Assembly: GCA_016839605.1 (NCBI GenBank)
Contig: JAEOTX010000044.1
Location: 1-64,000 of the forward strand
Direction of reading: 5' to 3'
Length of the DNA stretch: 64,000 nucleotides
Source: Candidatus Thorarchaeota archaeon
Lineage (GTDB): Archaea; Asgardarchaeota; Thorarchaeia; Thorarchaeales; Thorarchaeaceae
Shown here: in pieces, positions 46,501-55,404 of the stretch
Layout of the letters: each line of letters begins with the position of its first letter
Numbering within the stretch: the stretch's first letter is position 1
The notes under the pieces: model-generated
The model's input: only the letters and a program-made list of their open reading frames with translations
Told to the model about the DNA's origin: nothing
Database searches by the model: none
Translations under genes and position numbers: made by a program

Positions 46501-46892
46501 TGCAGAACACGTTGTTTACATAATATGATGAATTTCTCAAGTCCGTATTCCTCTATGTCTGGCTTGCCCTTGAAACCCATGTCTCGCTCAACGTTGACCT
46601 CGACCCAGAGGCCTTGGCAGTCAAAGCCATTCTGATAGCGCGTCTGATATCCCTGCATGGCCTTGAAACGATGATACAGATCTTTGTACGTTCGTCCCCA
46701 CCCATGATGAACTCCCATAGGATTGTTGGCAGTGATGGGACCATCAAGAAAAGACCATATCGGTCCTTTTGCCCTGAGTCTTCTCAGCTTATCAAATATC
46801 TGCTCATCCTCCCAAAACTTGAGCATATCTTTCTCCTGAGCAACGAAATCAACTTGACTAGGTACTGGTTTGAACACTTCCATCACCCACAT
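43521..46892 (-). CDS. ileS: Isoleucine--tRNA ligase
   Basis: DGPITAN..GVHHGW (HIGH variant), WTTTPWTL, GTGIVHIAP, DWMISKKRYWG, EMHKS (KMSKS variant), NWYLRRSRRRFW, EGLARE. Confidence 0.93.
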   Translation of the reverse strand: MWVMEVFKPVPSQVDFVAQEKDMLKFWEDEQIFDKLRRLRAKGPIWSFLDGPITANNPMGVHHGWGRTYKDLYHRFKAMQGYQTRYQNGFDCQGLWVEVNVERDMGFKGKPDIEEYGLEKFIILCKQRVLQYAAVQTKQSIRLGYWMEWDNLENLQKLHDALGNDPLAIMTIDGVDGPVTGSAEQLVGRLGTPEVGGSYFTFSDENNYTIWSMLKSCHDRGWVNKGRDVMPWCARCGTAISQHEIVTEGYRELTHPSITLRFPLVDRPGESLLVWTTTPWTLSSNVAAAVGPELAYVKVRQGEESFYLSRGTLHMLKGDYEVVEEIVGFDMEGWVYHGPFDELPAQKESGVAGKHKVILWDEVGEVEGTGIVHIAPGCGAEDFQLSKELDLVAIAPLTENGIFIDGFDWLSGMNVSAVAQPIFDNLTKKELTYKVEDYTHRYPVCWRCQEELVFRLVDEWFISMGTKLDIPYEEVTGDQKESNLRYQIMEVVTNETNWYPSFGKERELDWLRNMDDWMISKKRYWGLALPIWECSNCGHFDVIGGREELQNRALTGWDVFEGHSPHRPFIDEIEIECSECGQRMKRIPDVGNPWLDAGIVSLSTMRYNSDREYWNKWFPAELISESFPGQFRNWFYSLLAMSTILERRAPFRNVFTYAMLTGEDGREMHKSWGNMVEFNEAADLMGVDVMRWVFCTHRPEKDLAFGYSLGDEARRHFLIPLWNVYSFFVTYALIDGWVPRDNVKLSQSLLDSWILSRMNEVNREVTDYLESYEPNMATASIARFIDHLSNWYLRRSRRRFWAEAGASDEVDADKNAAYDTSYRVLVNLSRLLAPFVPFVSEVMHQNLTRNVDSGAPESIHHCDWPVSDSIDERLNNEMAIVLRLVSLGHAARNKANRKLRQPLSEIAFAVGLDKERDVVDRYAELIGDELNVKNVRLLDVAAEVVSYQLKPLPKQLGQKYGAKFPVLRNAILSLDPREASTQLQDGKSVEVKVNGEKFDILPDEVEVIVEAKEGFSTASEGGYLAALTTEITHELRLEGLAREFVRRVQDVRKSADLNVSDRIEVQYSSSRRVAEAVEFHQAYITEETLAVSLKQTKKPTGDFKEEYTFGEEKLVVVISLSES

Positions 46893-47183
46893 TGGTATAG
46901 ATAATCTCTGCAGCTCTCAAGTGCAGCACTGTTTTGAATATACTTGAAAAATCGAACAGGTTTGTAATCTGAGAATGGACTACAATGATTTTCACATGAA
47001 CTAGTGAATTTGGCAATCCATCCTTTTCCACCTATTGTACTCTTTTCAGCATCTGACTCCGTTAAAAAGCTTAGGCTAATATGACTTGACCCTTCATTGA
47101 GTTCACTTGAAACGACCAAGACTTAATTGTCACCTACGAAGAAAGGGTTGCTGTAATCATGAACCTGAAGGTGAATTGAGGAA

Positions 47184-47852
47184 ATGAGTTCTCTTGAGGA
47201 CAGACCATTAGACAAACTAGCAGACACCATTCTGAATGTCCTGTGGCAAGACCTTCTTGAGGTCTGGGGTATCATTCGAAAGAAGATGGACACAGAGGGA
47301 GAAGAGGCCGTTCGAAAGGCGTTCGAAGATGCTACCGGTCGATTCCTTCAGGGACCCTTTGCGGATCATTTGGAAGTCCGTTGGGGAATGGATCTTTGCG
47401 TTCATTGCAACGACAACAACATTGAGAAGAATGGTATTGCCTACGTGAAACCAACTGGAGATGGTCTCGAGTTCAATCAGTGCCTGAACTGCCAAGTCGG
47501 GATTCTCTATGACCTCGAGTCAGCAAAGGCGAAAATGGACAGCTACAATATCGCACTCGGAAAACCTGGGCAATTCAATGGTATGTCTTTCTACTGGAAT
47601 GGGATTGTGCCAGACGCGTTGAAGAAATTCCAACCCTCGTACGAAGTCATCCACAATGGACAATGGCTTGGTACAGTGTCCTTTGACAAATCTCTTACTC
47701 CCAAATTTCTCTCTTTTGACGTGATGACTGAGACTACCGCTCGCGATGCTGAAGAGCCATGGACTGCAGAGATTCCTGCTGACTTGAGAGCCGCCATCGA
47801 TGCATTTCTCGAAGCAGCTCGTCATCAAGTCGAGGTTGCTCTTATCCTCTGA
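47184..47852 (+). CDS. Hypothetical protein with CxxC...CxxC
   Basis: 222-aa ORF containing CVHC and CLNC. Confidence 0.7.
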   Translation: MSSLEDRPLDKLADTILNVLWQDLLEVWGIIRKKMDTEGEEAVRKAFEDATGRFLQGPFADHLEVRWGMDLCVHCNDNNIEKNGIAYVKPTGDGLEFNQCLNCQVGILYDLESAKAKMDSYNIALGKPGQFNGMSFYWNGIVPDALKKFQPSYEVIHNGQWLGTVSFDKSLTPKFLSFDVMTETTARDAEEPWTAEIPADLRAAIDAFLEAARHQVEVALIL

Positions 47853-47861
47853 ACTGAGTAC

Positions 47862-48176
47862 TTGGTGGTGCTTTTGCCAGAAAAGCTAGTTCGAGATAGG
47901 ATTCCTGAGATCATCAGACAAGATGGTGGGGAACCACGAGTTCGTGTTGTATCTGGAACTGAACTTGACAAGCTCATCAGATTGAAAATAGTTGAAGAAG
48001 CCCAAGAACTGTTGACTTCAGGGGAAGATGAAGAAATCGCAGATATTCTTGAAGCATTGGAGGCTCTCCTAGTTCACCGTTCTATTGATCGAGCAGCAAT
48101 AGACGACGCACGGCTGAGGAAACGTGAGGAAAGAGGCGGTTTTGAGAAGGGGTTCGTTCTGGAAACGTCAGAATGA
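47862..48176 (+). CDS. MazG-like nucleoside triphosphate pyrophosphohydrolase
   Basis: KLVRDRIPEII, KIVEEAQE, EEIADILE, KREERGGF. Confidence 0.9.
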   Translation: MVVLLPEKLVRDRIPEIIRQDGGEPRVRVVSGTELDKLIRLKIVEEAQELLTSGEDEEIADILEALEALLVHRSIDRAAIDDARLRKREERGGFEKGFVLETSE

Positions 48177-48299
48177 CATACCCCTTTTCATACTCGGAAG
48201 TTTCGGACAAAGGTTATATTGCAAGAATCTCGCAGCCAGCTCTAGAATACCACCCTGTTTAGTGGTGGTTCCATATGGTGATTATGGAGAGGAAGAATT

Positions 48300-49958
48300 T
48301 TGGCAACTGATGATGTTAAACCTGTACCAGAGAAGCCAGTACCAGAGCAGCCGATTACTCATGAGCAATCCGGAGGCTATGACCGATTCAAAGTAGAGAA
48401 GTACCCTCCGAGAGATCTGCCCTATACAACTCAGTCGATATGTCCCGACCATCTCTTAGACAATGACGAGGTCCATGTGATTGATGCGACCCTCTATGAG
48501 GAAGATGGCAAAGTGATGTACAAGAAGACATGCGAAACTCATGGTGAGTTCATTGATGTTTACTGGGGTGACGCTGAGATGTTTAAGAAGGCCTCGAACT
48601 GGTGGTACAAATCCGTAGGTCTAGATAACCCCCGAACTGAGACCGTTAAGGGCTGTCCTGAGGATTGTGGACAGTGTCCAGAGCACAAGTCCCACACTGC
48701 TCTAGCACTACTTGATGTTACTAACCGCTGCAACCTACGCTGTCCGATATGCTTTGCAGTCGCAGCTGAAGGTGGCAATGTATTTGAGCCTGAACCAGAG
48801 GAGGTACTTGAGATGTTGAAGAACCTCCGCCGAAATGAACCTGTTCCAGCACCAGCGATCCAGTTTGCTGGTGGAGAGCCCACTGTGACCAAACATCTTC
48901 CGCAGTACATCAAGTGGGCCAAGGAGGTCGGCTTCAGGCATGTGCAGATTGCAAGCAACGCCATCCGAATTGGCAAGAGCAAGGAGTACCTACAGGAGCT
49001 ATGTGACGCAGGACTGTCAACCATATACATGCAGTTTGATGGAGTGACCCCTGAACCCTATATTGCAGCCAGGAACACTAACCTTCTTCCTGTAAAGTTG
49101 CAAGCAATTCAAAACGCACGAGAAGTCGGAATGGAGTCACTCGTACTAGTGCCCACAGTAGTACGCGGAGTGAATGATGACCAAGTTGGCAAGATTGTGG
49201 AGTTTGCAGTGGAGAACAATGATGTTATTCGCTGTGTCAACTTCCAGCCAGTCAGCATCACAGGTCGAATTGACTACGAAGCAAGGAAGGAGATGCGAAT
49301 CACAATTCCTGATGTCATCCATCTGATTGAAGAACAGACAGGTGGAAAGATTCCAGCAACTGAGTGGTTCCCGGTCCCAGCAATGATGCCTGTAGGCCGT
49401 GCGCTTGGTCTGATGAAGGATAATCCCCAATTGGAGCTCAGCACTCACTTTGCATGTGGAATGTCTACTTTCATCTGGATCAACGATGATGGTGACTACG
49501 AGCCAATCACAAATCTGATTGAAGTCGGTAAGTTCATCGAGCTACTAGAGGACATCTCAAATCTCTACGCCGAGCAAAAGAGAGGTGCTGGTGCTCGTGC
49601 TAAAGCAAAACTTGCGGCTGGTGCACGTCACATCAAAAGGAAAGGAATCCTCAAAGATCTTCTTAGCGCATTCTTGAACCGCGGAGACTACGAATCTCTC
49701 GCCAAGTTCATGCGACGCGTCATTATGATTGGAATGATGCACTTCCAAGATCCCTTCAATTTTGACTTGGAACGCGTTCAGCACTGTGATGTGAACTATG
49801 CAGTTCCTGACGGAAGAATAATCCCATTCTGCACCATGAACACAATACACAGGTCAAGGGTCGAGGATAAATTCTCTATGCCTGTCAAGGATTGGCGCGC
49901 AAAGCACAAGCCAACTCAGGTCGAAGAGGACAGTATCTCAAAGCCTTTCGAGGCATAG
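48300..49958 (+). CDS. tes: Tetraether lipid synthase Tes (GDGT-forming radical SAM enzyme)
   Basis: N-terminal metal site (TQSICPDH...CETHG), GCPEDCGQCPEH, DVTNRCNLRCPICF, QFAGGEPT, YMQFDG, NFQPVS, MHFQD..NFDLERVQHC, IIPFC. Confidence 0.85.
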   Translation: MATDDVKPVPEKPVPEQPITHEQSGGYDRFKVEKYPPRDLPYTTQSICPDHLLDNDEVHVIDATLYEEDGKVMYKKTCETHGEFIDVYWGDAEMFKKASNWWYKSVGLDNPRTETVKGCPEDCGQCPEHKSHTALALLDVTNRCNLRCPICFAVAAEGGNVFEPEPEEVLEMLKNLRRNEPVPAPAIQFAGGEPTVTKHLPQYIKWAKEVGFRHVQIASNAIRIGKSKEYLQELCDAGLSTIYMQFDGVTPEPYIAARNTNLLPVKLQAIQNAREVGMESLVLVPTVVRGVNDDQVGKIVEFAVENNDVIRCVNFQPVSITGRIDYEARKEMRITIPDVIHLIEEQTGGKIPATEWFPVPAMMPVGRALGLMKDNPQLELSTHFACGMSTFIWINDDGDYEPITNLIEVGKFIELLEDISNLYAEQKRGAGARAKAKLAAGARHIKRKGILKDLLSAFLNRGDYESLAKFMRRVIMIGMMHFQDPFNFDLERVQHCDVNYAVPDGRIIPFCTMNTIHRSRVEDKFSMPVKDWRAKHKPTQVEEDSISKPFEA

Positions 49959-49966
49959 TCCCCCTA

Positions 49967-49992
49967 GGATGAAGGAGCTCTGCTCCTCATCC
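49967..49992 (+). terminator. Hairpin after tes
   Basis: GGATGAAGGAGC-TCT-GCTCCTCATCC followed by a pyrimidine run. Confidence 0.45.
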
Positions 49993-50250
49993 CTCTCTTT
50001 CTCATCATGACTTTAAGAAAGCCGCATTTTCCTGTTTTCAACCAATCTCTTAAAGTTTGATACTGCCTTCATTTGGAATATTCTCATCCAGTTTGTTATG
50101 AAAGAGAATGAATGGACAGCAAACAACGCATAGGCGCGCTTTGCTCCTGTCCCGAAATACGACGTCTGAGAGCACTTTAACAACACTTTAAGCAGATGAC
50201 GTACCTGACTGCCATAACTTTAATAAGTTAGCTCTGCCCTCAACTTTGAA

Positions 50251-50377
50251 GGCGGTGGGATTGCGGGACATGTCCATCGCTAAAGAGAATGCAAGGCGAG
50301 CATGTGGGCTAGTTTTTCGTTACATGCCCTCAATTACGAAACTCCCCCCTCCTACCACGATTTCCCGCGTGCTCGTC
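50251..50377 (+). ncRNA. Candidate approximately 130-nt structured ncRNA (unknown family)
   Basis: TTTAATAA at 50219; hairpin GGCGGTGGG/TCCATCGCT; 14-bp stem 50295-50308/50364-50377 with three G-U pairs; followed by CCTTTTACTTTT. Confidence 0.55.
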
Positions 50378-50452
50378 ACCTTTTACTTTTCTAATCCTCC
50401 AAGAGCTGTCAGATAAAATCCTTAATTAGCGCCCGAACCTTTTCGATGTCGG

Positions 50453-51376
50453 ATGTTCAGCATGAATCAGCGGCGAGAACTCAAGTTACTTCAGGTTGAT
50501 GTTTTTACAGACACGCCCTATGGCGGGAATCCTGCGGCAGTCATTCTTGCTCCCGAGAGTCTGAAAGAGAATGAGATGGCGAAGATTGCGCAGGAGATGA
50601 ATGTTCGAGAGACCGTCTTCGTCTTGAAATCAAAAGTGGCTGACCACCGTTTCATATTCATTACTTCTAGAGGTGAGATTGATTTCTCAGGACATGCAAC
50701 AATCGCAGCAATTCATGCACTCATTCATGAGGGTCTCGTGGAGATATACAGGGACGAGACTATGGTGAGCATTGAGACCAACGCTGGTTTACTGCAGGCT
50801 GACATTGTCAAAAATGACACAACACGACTCCACGAAGTACAGATCACGCATCAGAAACCACAATTTCTTGACACATACGACCCAAATGACTTCAACGAGG
50901 CTCTAGGAATCACTCTAGCTGATATAGACCGCTTAGTGCCAATGCAGACTGTAACTACAGGAATTCCCATTCTGGTTGTACCACTCTCCACATTGAAAGC
51001 TTTTGAGAAAGTTGTATGTGATTTGAATAGATTGGTTGAACTCCAAAAGGGCTCTGATTTTAGTTCTCTCTGTGTCTTTACAAGAGCGACCCATGATGAG
51101 ACTTCTGACGCTCAAGTCCGGCATTTTGCTCCCTCCCTTGGCGTGAACGAAGATGCAGTAAGTGGTGCTGCAGCTGCATGTGTGGCTAGTTATATGATCC
51201 GATATGGAATTATAGACGATACTCTAGGAGTCGCGAGTATTGTTGTCGAACAAGGCCACGCAGTTGGACGACCGGGAAAGAGCTTCGTCGAGGTTCGAGG
51301 AGACAAAGAGAATATCGAGCTTGTGAAGGTGAGCGGAACGGGTATTGTGATTATGAAAGGGACGCTTTACATCTAG
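50453..51376 (+). CDS. PhzF family isomerase/epimerase
   Basis: QVDVFTDTPYGGNPAAV, ETVFV, EIDFSGHAT, RHFAP..GVNEDAVSG, EQG. Confidence 0.92.
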   Translation: MFSMNQRRELKLLQVDVFTDTPYGGNPAAVILAPESLKENEMAKIAQEMNVRETVFVLKSKVADHRFIFITSRGEIDFSGHATIAAIHALIHEGLVEIYRDETMVSIETNAGLLQADIVKNDTTRLHEVQITHQKPQFLDTYDPNDFNEALGITLADIDRLVPMQTVTTGIPILVVPLSTLKAFEKVVCDLNRLVELQKGSDFSSLCVFTRATHDETSDAQVRHFAPSLGVNEDAVSGAAAACVASYMIRYGIIDDTLGVASIVVEQGHAVGRPGKSFVEVRGDKENIELVKVSGTGIVIMKGTLYI

Positions 51377-51446
51377 TCGGTGCCGTTACTGCTCTTCTCC
51401 AAAGCCTTATCTTAGCTGTGCTTTGGTTTCTGCTTAGTGAAAATCC

Positions 51447-52835
51447 ATGCTTGACCTCATGACCAATGCTATCGAAGGTATCTCTGATAAGAAAGTAACA
51501 TTCGCGGACATTCGTCAGGAGTCCAGAGTGGGCACTATGCTTGCTGTTGTCAATGGAGCGCTCAGACGTTTCAATCGTACAAATAGAGCTGGTACTGTTG
51601 CCAGAGTTCTAGTTGGTGAATGTTGGGGGCAGGCATCAACAACCAAAGAAGCAACGAAGGCACGTCTGGAGATGCTTCTTTCTGAAGCAACGAAGATGGC
51701 GAAGGCAAGCGCGAAATACTCGCGAAAGGATATTGACCTCTCTAACGTCAATTCCGAACAGAAATCTGTCTGGCTTTCTGTGAAGGAAGATCCACAGGAT
51801 GTTTCTACGGAAGAGAAGATCGATTTTGTTATAGCACTTGACAAAGGCATGAAGATTGATGACCGAATTGTCAATACCAACACAAGCTACCAAGACGGGA
51901 AACTGCTCATTAGGCTAGTCAATTCAGAAGGAGCAAGACTTGAATGGGATGAGCTCCGAATTCGAGCCTTTGCAAATCCAGTAGCCAGAGAGGGCGATAG
52001 GATGCATTATGACTATGATGTAGTCGCTGGGCAAACTGGATACGAGCTGATCAGAGGAGTTGACATAAATGAGTTCACCTCAAGAATCGCCCAAGGTGCT
52101 CTGGATTTATTATCAGCAGAGAAGCCGCCTTCGGGTAAGATGACCATCATAATGGATGGCGACACATCTGGAATTATCGCTCACGAGGTCTGTGGTCATG
52201 GTAGTGAAGCTGATGAGGTTGTTAAGGAGCGCTCCTTTCTAACTGGCATGGTTGAAAAGAGAGTCGGGTCAGATCTGGTGACAATGGTAGATGATGGAAC
52301 TCTACCAGGCAAGTTGGGCTCCTTCCCATATGATTCTGAAGGAACTCCTGCCACTAAGACATTCATCATCGAAGATGGAATATTCAGAGGTTACATGCAT
52401 ACCCTAGAAACTGCTGCAGTCATGGGTGTAGATCCGACAGGCAATGGACGAGCTCAGGATTATAATCGTAGAATCTTCGCTCGAATGAGTAACACATTCT
52501 TTGGACCCGGCGAATGGTCTACAGAGGAGATGATCTCCGACACCAAGGATGGTCTTTACATCATAAAGCCAATGAGTGGGATGGAAGACGTAGTGGGTGG
52601 TGGAGTCCAAGTGAGTTGTCTGAAAGGCTATGTCATCAAGAATGGTGAGAAACAACAGCTTGTTAGAAGTAATGCATTGGCCGGCAAAGTGTTAGATATC
52701 TTGGCTACAGTCGATGCAGTCAGCAAGGATATGACCTTCTCTGGGGGTACTTGTGGCAAAGGTGAAGAGGACTGGGTCTCTGTGACGAGTGGGGGGCCGC
52801 ATATGCGCGCCGAACTCATCGTTGGAGGTGGGTAG
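51447..52835 (+). CDS. tldD: TldD family metalloprotease
   Basis: HEVCGHGSEAD, YDSEGTP, TGNGRAQ, RMSNT, CGKG...GGP. Confidence 0.93.
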   Translation: MLDLMTNAIEGISDKKVTFADIRQESRVGTMLAVVNGALRRFNRTNRAGTVARVLVGECWGQASTTKEATKARLEMLLSEATKMAKASAKYSRKDIDLSNVNSEQKSVWLSVKEDPQDVSTEEKIDFVIALDKGMKIDDRIVNTNTSYQDGKLLIRLVNSEGARLEWDELRIRAFANPVAREGDRMHYDYDVVAGQTGYELIRGVDINEFTSRIAQGALDLLSAEKPPSGKMTIIMDGDTSGIIAHEVCGHGSEADEVVKERSFLTGMVEKRVGSDLVTMVDDGTLPGKLGSFPYDSEGTPATKTFIIEDGIFRGYMHTLETAAVMGVDPTGNGRAQDYNRRIFARMSNTFFGPGEWSTEEMISDTKDGLYIIKPMSGMEDVVGGGVQVSCLKGYVIKNGEKQQLVRSNALAGKVLDILATVDAVSKDMTFSGGTCGKGEEDWVSVTSGGPHMRAELIVGGG

Positions 52836-52836
52836 A

Positions 52837-54198
52837 ATGAACCTAAGTGAGATTGCCAGTAAGTTAGTAGCCAAGTCAGAGGGTGCCGGGGCCTCACAGG
52901 CCGAAGCTTATGCAGTTCTAGCTAAGACCTCCAGTATTTACATTGATGACAATATACCAAAGATTGCGGATGTCAAGGAAGAAGTTGGCGTTGGACTCAA
53001 GTTCATCACAGGCAAGAAAATCGGTTTCACTAGCTCCACTCTTCTGTCAGAGTCTATTGAAGACGTAGTTGAACGTGCAATGTCAATGGCGAAGGTTTCT
53101 GCAGAGGACGCCAAGTTCGTTTCGCTGCCTGATCCTAAGAAACCTGCTGGCTCTTCCGACCGCTTTTATGACCAAACTACTGGAGAGGCTGACAGTGATG
53201 TCTTACTTGAAAGGACTATGACACTCGTTTCCTCTGCAGTTAGCGACAACGTCAGTGTGCCAAATGGAGTTCTGAGAGCGAGTTCTACGGATTTCCAAAT
53301 CACAAACTCTCTCGGAGCAGAAGCAGAATCCAAGTCTACCATGGTCTTTGGTTACTTCACAGCGAAAGCGGAAGAATCCAATTCTGTTGGTGAAGGTGTG
53401 CAGCGATGCTGGTCAAGGAATCTCAATGATGTGGATTTTGCATTTATCGGAGAGAAGCTCAAGCATCAGGCCCTGGATGTAGTTCAGGCGAAAGGATTCA
53501 AGGAGAACTGGAAAGATGCTATAGCAGTGCTCGCTCCCAGTGAGGGCAGTGAGATGCTTGGAAGCATGGTTGGATTTGCAGTATCAGCGGAGAACGTGAA
53601 CAATCGTTCCAGTCCATGGACTGACAAAGTAGGTGATTCTGTAGCACATGAGAGTGTGACAATTGCTGATAATGGCTTATCTGAGAAAGGTCTGTTGAGT
53701 GCAGTAGTAGATGATGAAGGAACACCAATGCAGACAACACCCATACTTGACAAAGGTGTATTGAAATCATATCTCTATGATAGCTATAATGCCTCGCAAG
53801 TCGATTTGGCATCCACTGGAAATGGTATTAGACGTGATTCTCGTGACGCGCAGGGCTCATTTTCAAGTCCAGTTCGATGCAGGTCTACTACACTTGAAAT
53901 ACCTGCCAGCACAAAGAGTATCGATGATATCATCGGCGAAGTGAAGCGTGGTGTCTACATTGAGCACTTTGCGTGGCCACAGGCCGATCCACTTGCTGGT
54001 ACATTTTCCAATGAAATACGCAATGCACAGCTGATTGAGAATGGCGAGCTGACGACTAAGATCAAATATGCACTTCTGGTCGGCAATCTCTATGAGGCCA
54101 TCCAACGTGAAGTAGTATTTGGCTTCGACTTGGAAGTTCATAACAATCGCGTGATGCCCACCATCGCAATCTCGGGTACAGAGATTGTTGGTCAATAA
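52837..54198 (+). CDS. pmbA: TldE/PmbA family protein
   Basis: DDEGTP, GVLKSYLYD, STGNG; lacks HExxxH; directly follows tldD. Confidence 0.88.
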   Translation: MNLSEIASKLVAKSEGAGASQAEAYAVLAKTSSIYIDDNIPKIADVKEEVGVGLKFITGKKIGFTSSTLLSESIEDVVERAMSMAKVSAEDAKFVSLPDPKKPAGSSDRFYDQTTGEADSDVLLERTMTLVSSAVSDNVSVPNGVLRASSTDFQITNSLGAEAESKSTMVFGYFTAKAEESNSVGEGVQRCWSRNLNDVDFAFIGEKLKHQALDVVQAKGFKENWKDAIAVLAPSEGSEMLGSMVGFAVSAENVNNRSSPWTDKVGDSVAHESVTIADNGLSEKGLLSAVVDDEGTPMQTTPILDKGVLKSYLYDSYNASQVDLASTGNGIRRDSRDAQGSFSSPVRCRSTTLEIPASTKSIDDIIGEVKRGVYIEHFAWPQADPLAGTFSNEIRNAQLIENGELTTKIKYALLVGNLYEAIQREVVFGFDLEVHNNRVMPTIAISGTEIVGQ

Positions 54199-54317
54199 TG
54201 CAAACTCAACAAGACCTCAGCTTCGCCTATTCGCTAAGTGTAGTTCGACAGGTTGGAAACCCTAAAAAGGAGCCTACTTTAGAAGCGAATGTAGATTGCG
54301 TGAAGAGAGGATTTTTC

Positions 54318-55400
54318 ATGAGCAGATTCAAGGATACTTGGGATGAAGAGGTTGAGAAGATAAACTTGGCTCTTGATGAGTTCCTTTCCAAGAAGAGGGA
54401 AGCAGCCCTTCACATGGGCCCCATCCATGATCAGTACTATGCCAACATCAAGGAGTACATCATGCGGGGTGGAAAAAGACTTCGTCCATTGGCTGTAATA
54501 ATGGCACATAAGGCAGTGAAACGTGATATTGAAGTTGAGTATCTTTACCGAGCCGCTTGTTCGCTTGAGATTTTGCATAACGGTTCACTTCTTCACGATG
54601 ATTTGATAGACCATGACGAAACAAGAAGAGGCGGTCCTACATTCCATGCCCGCTATCGCGACTGGTACAAGGACCAAATCGATTCCCGGCCTGAGAAGGC
54701 TGCAGATTTCGGAATGACACTTGCCATCCTTGGTGGCGATTCTCTCATCAACCTTGGTTCAGAAGCCATCAATGCGTCTGAGCTGAAGCCTGAGGTGAGC
54801 ATGAATCTACTTGATCTCTATCAGAAAGGTTTCAGTGATCTAGTTGAGGGTGTGCTGCTAGAGATGACAATGATAAACAATCCAGATGTCGATGAAGCTA
54901 CATACATGGAAATGGTCTATCGAAAAACAGCAACTCTGTTTCAGAAGGCTCTAGAAATGGGTGCCATAGTAGCTGGAGCAGGCGAAGCTCAACTTGACGC
55001 GTTCAGAGAGTTTGGGAGTAAGGTAGGACAAGCTTTCCAAATGCAGGACGATATTCTGGGCTCATTCGGAGATGAAGCTGTAACTGGTAAGTCAGCATCT
55101 GGCGACATTAGAGAAGCGAAGAAGACCATGCTGCTCATACAGGCACTTCGAAGGTCTAATCCAGAGCAAAAGAAGACTCTAGAAACTCTTCTTGGAAAAG
55201 ATGATATGACTGAAGATGAAGTAGACAAGGTTCGAACAGTCTTTCGCGATTCTGGAGCTCTAGAAGCCACCGAAGCGATCAGAGACAAACTCCTGCAGGA
55301 GGCTCAATCTGCTTTGAAGAACACAGAGCCACCACTTGACCCAGAATACCTCGAGTTCTTGATCTCACTCTCAGAATTTCTCACAACAAGAGCGTTCTAG
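54318..55400 (+). CDS. Polyprenyl diphosphate synthase (GGPP synthase-like)
   Basis: GGKRLRP, LHDDLIDHDETRRG, KTA, FQMQDDILG, GKSASGDIREAKKT; start set at ATG 54318. Confidence 0.93.
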   Translation: MSRFKDTWDEEVEKINLALDEFLSKKREAALHMGPIHDQYYANIKEYIMRGGKRLRPLAVIMAHKAVKRDIEVEYLYRAACSLEILHNGSLLHDDLIDHDETRRGGPTFHARYRDWYKDQIDSRPEKAADFGMTLAILGGDSLINLGSEAINASELKPEVSMNLLDLYQKGFSDLVEGVLLEMTMINNPDVDEATYMEMVYRKTATLFQKALEMGAIVAGAGEAQLDAFREFGSKVGQAFQMQDDILGSFGDEAVTGKSASGDIREAKKTMLLIQALRRSNPEQKKTLETLLGKDDMTEDEVDKVRTVFRDSGALEATEAIRDKLLQEAQSALKNTEPPLDPEYLEFLISLSEFLTTRAF

Positions 55401-55404
55401 GGAT

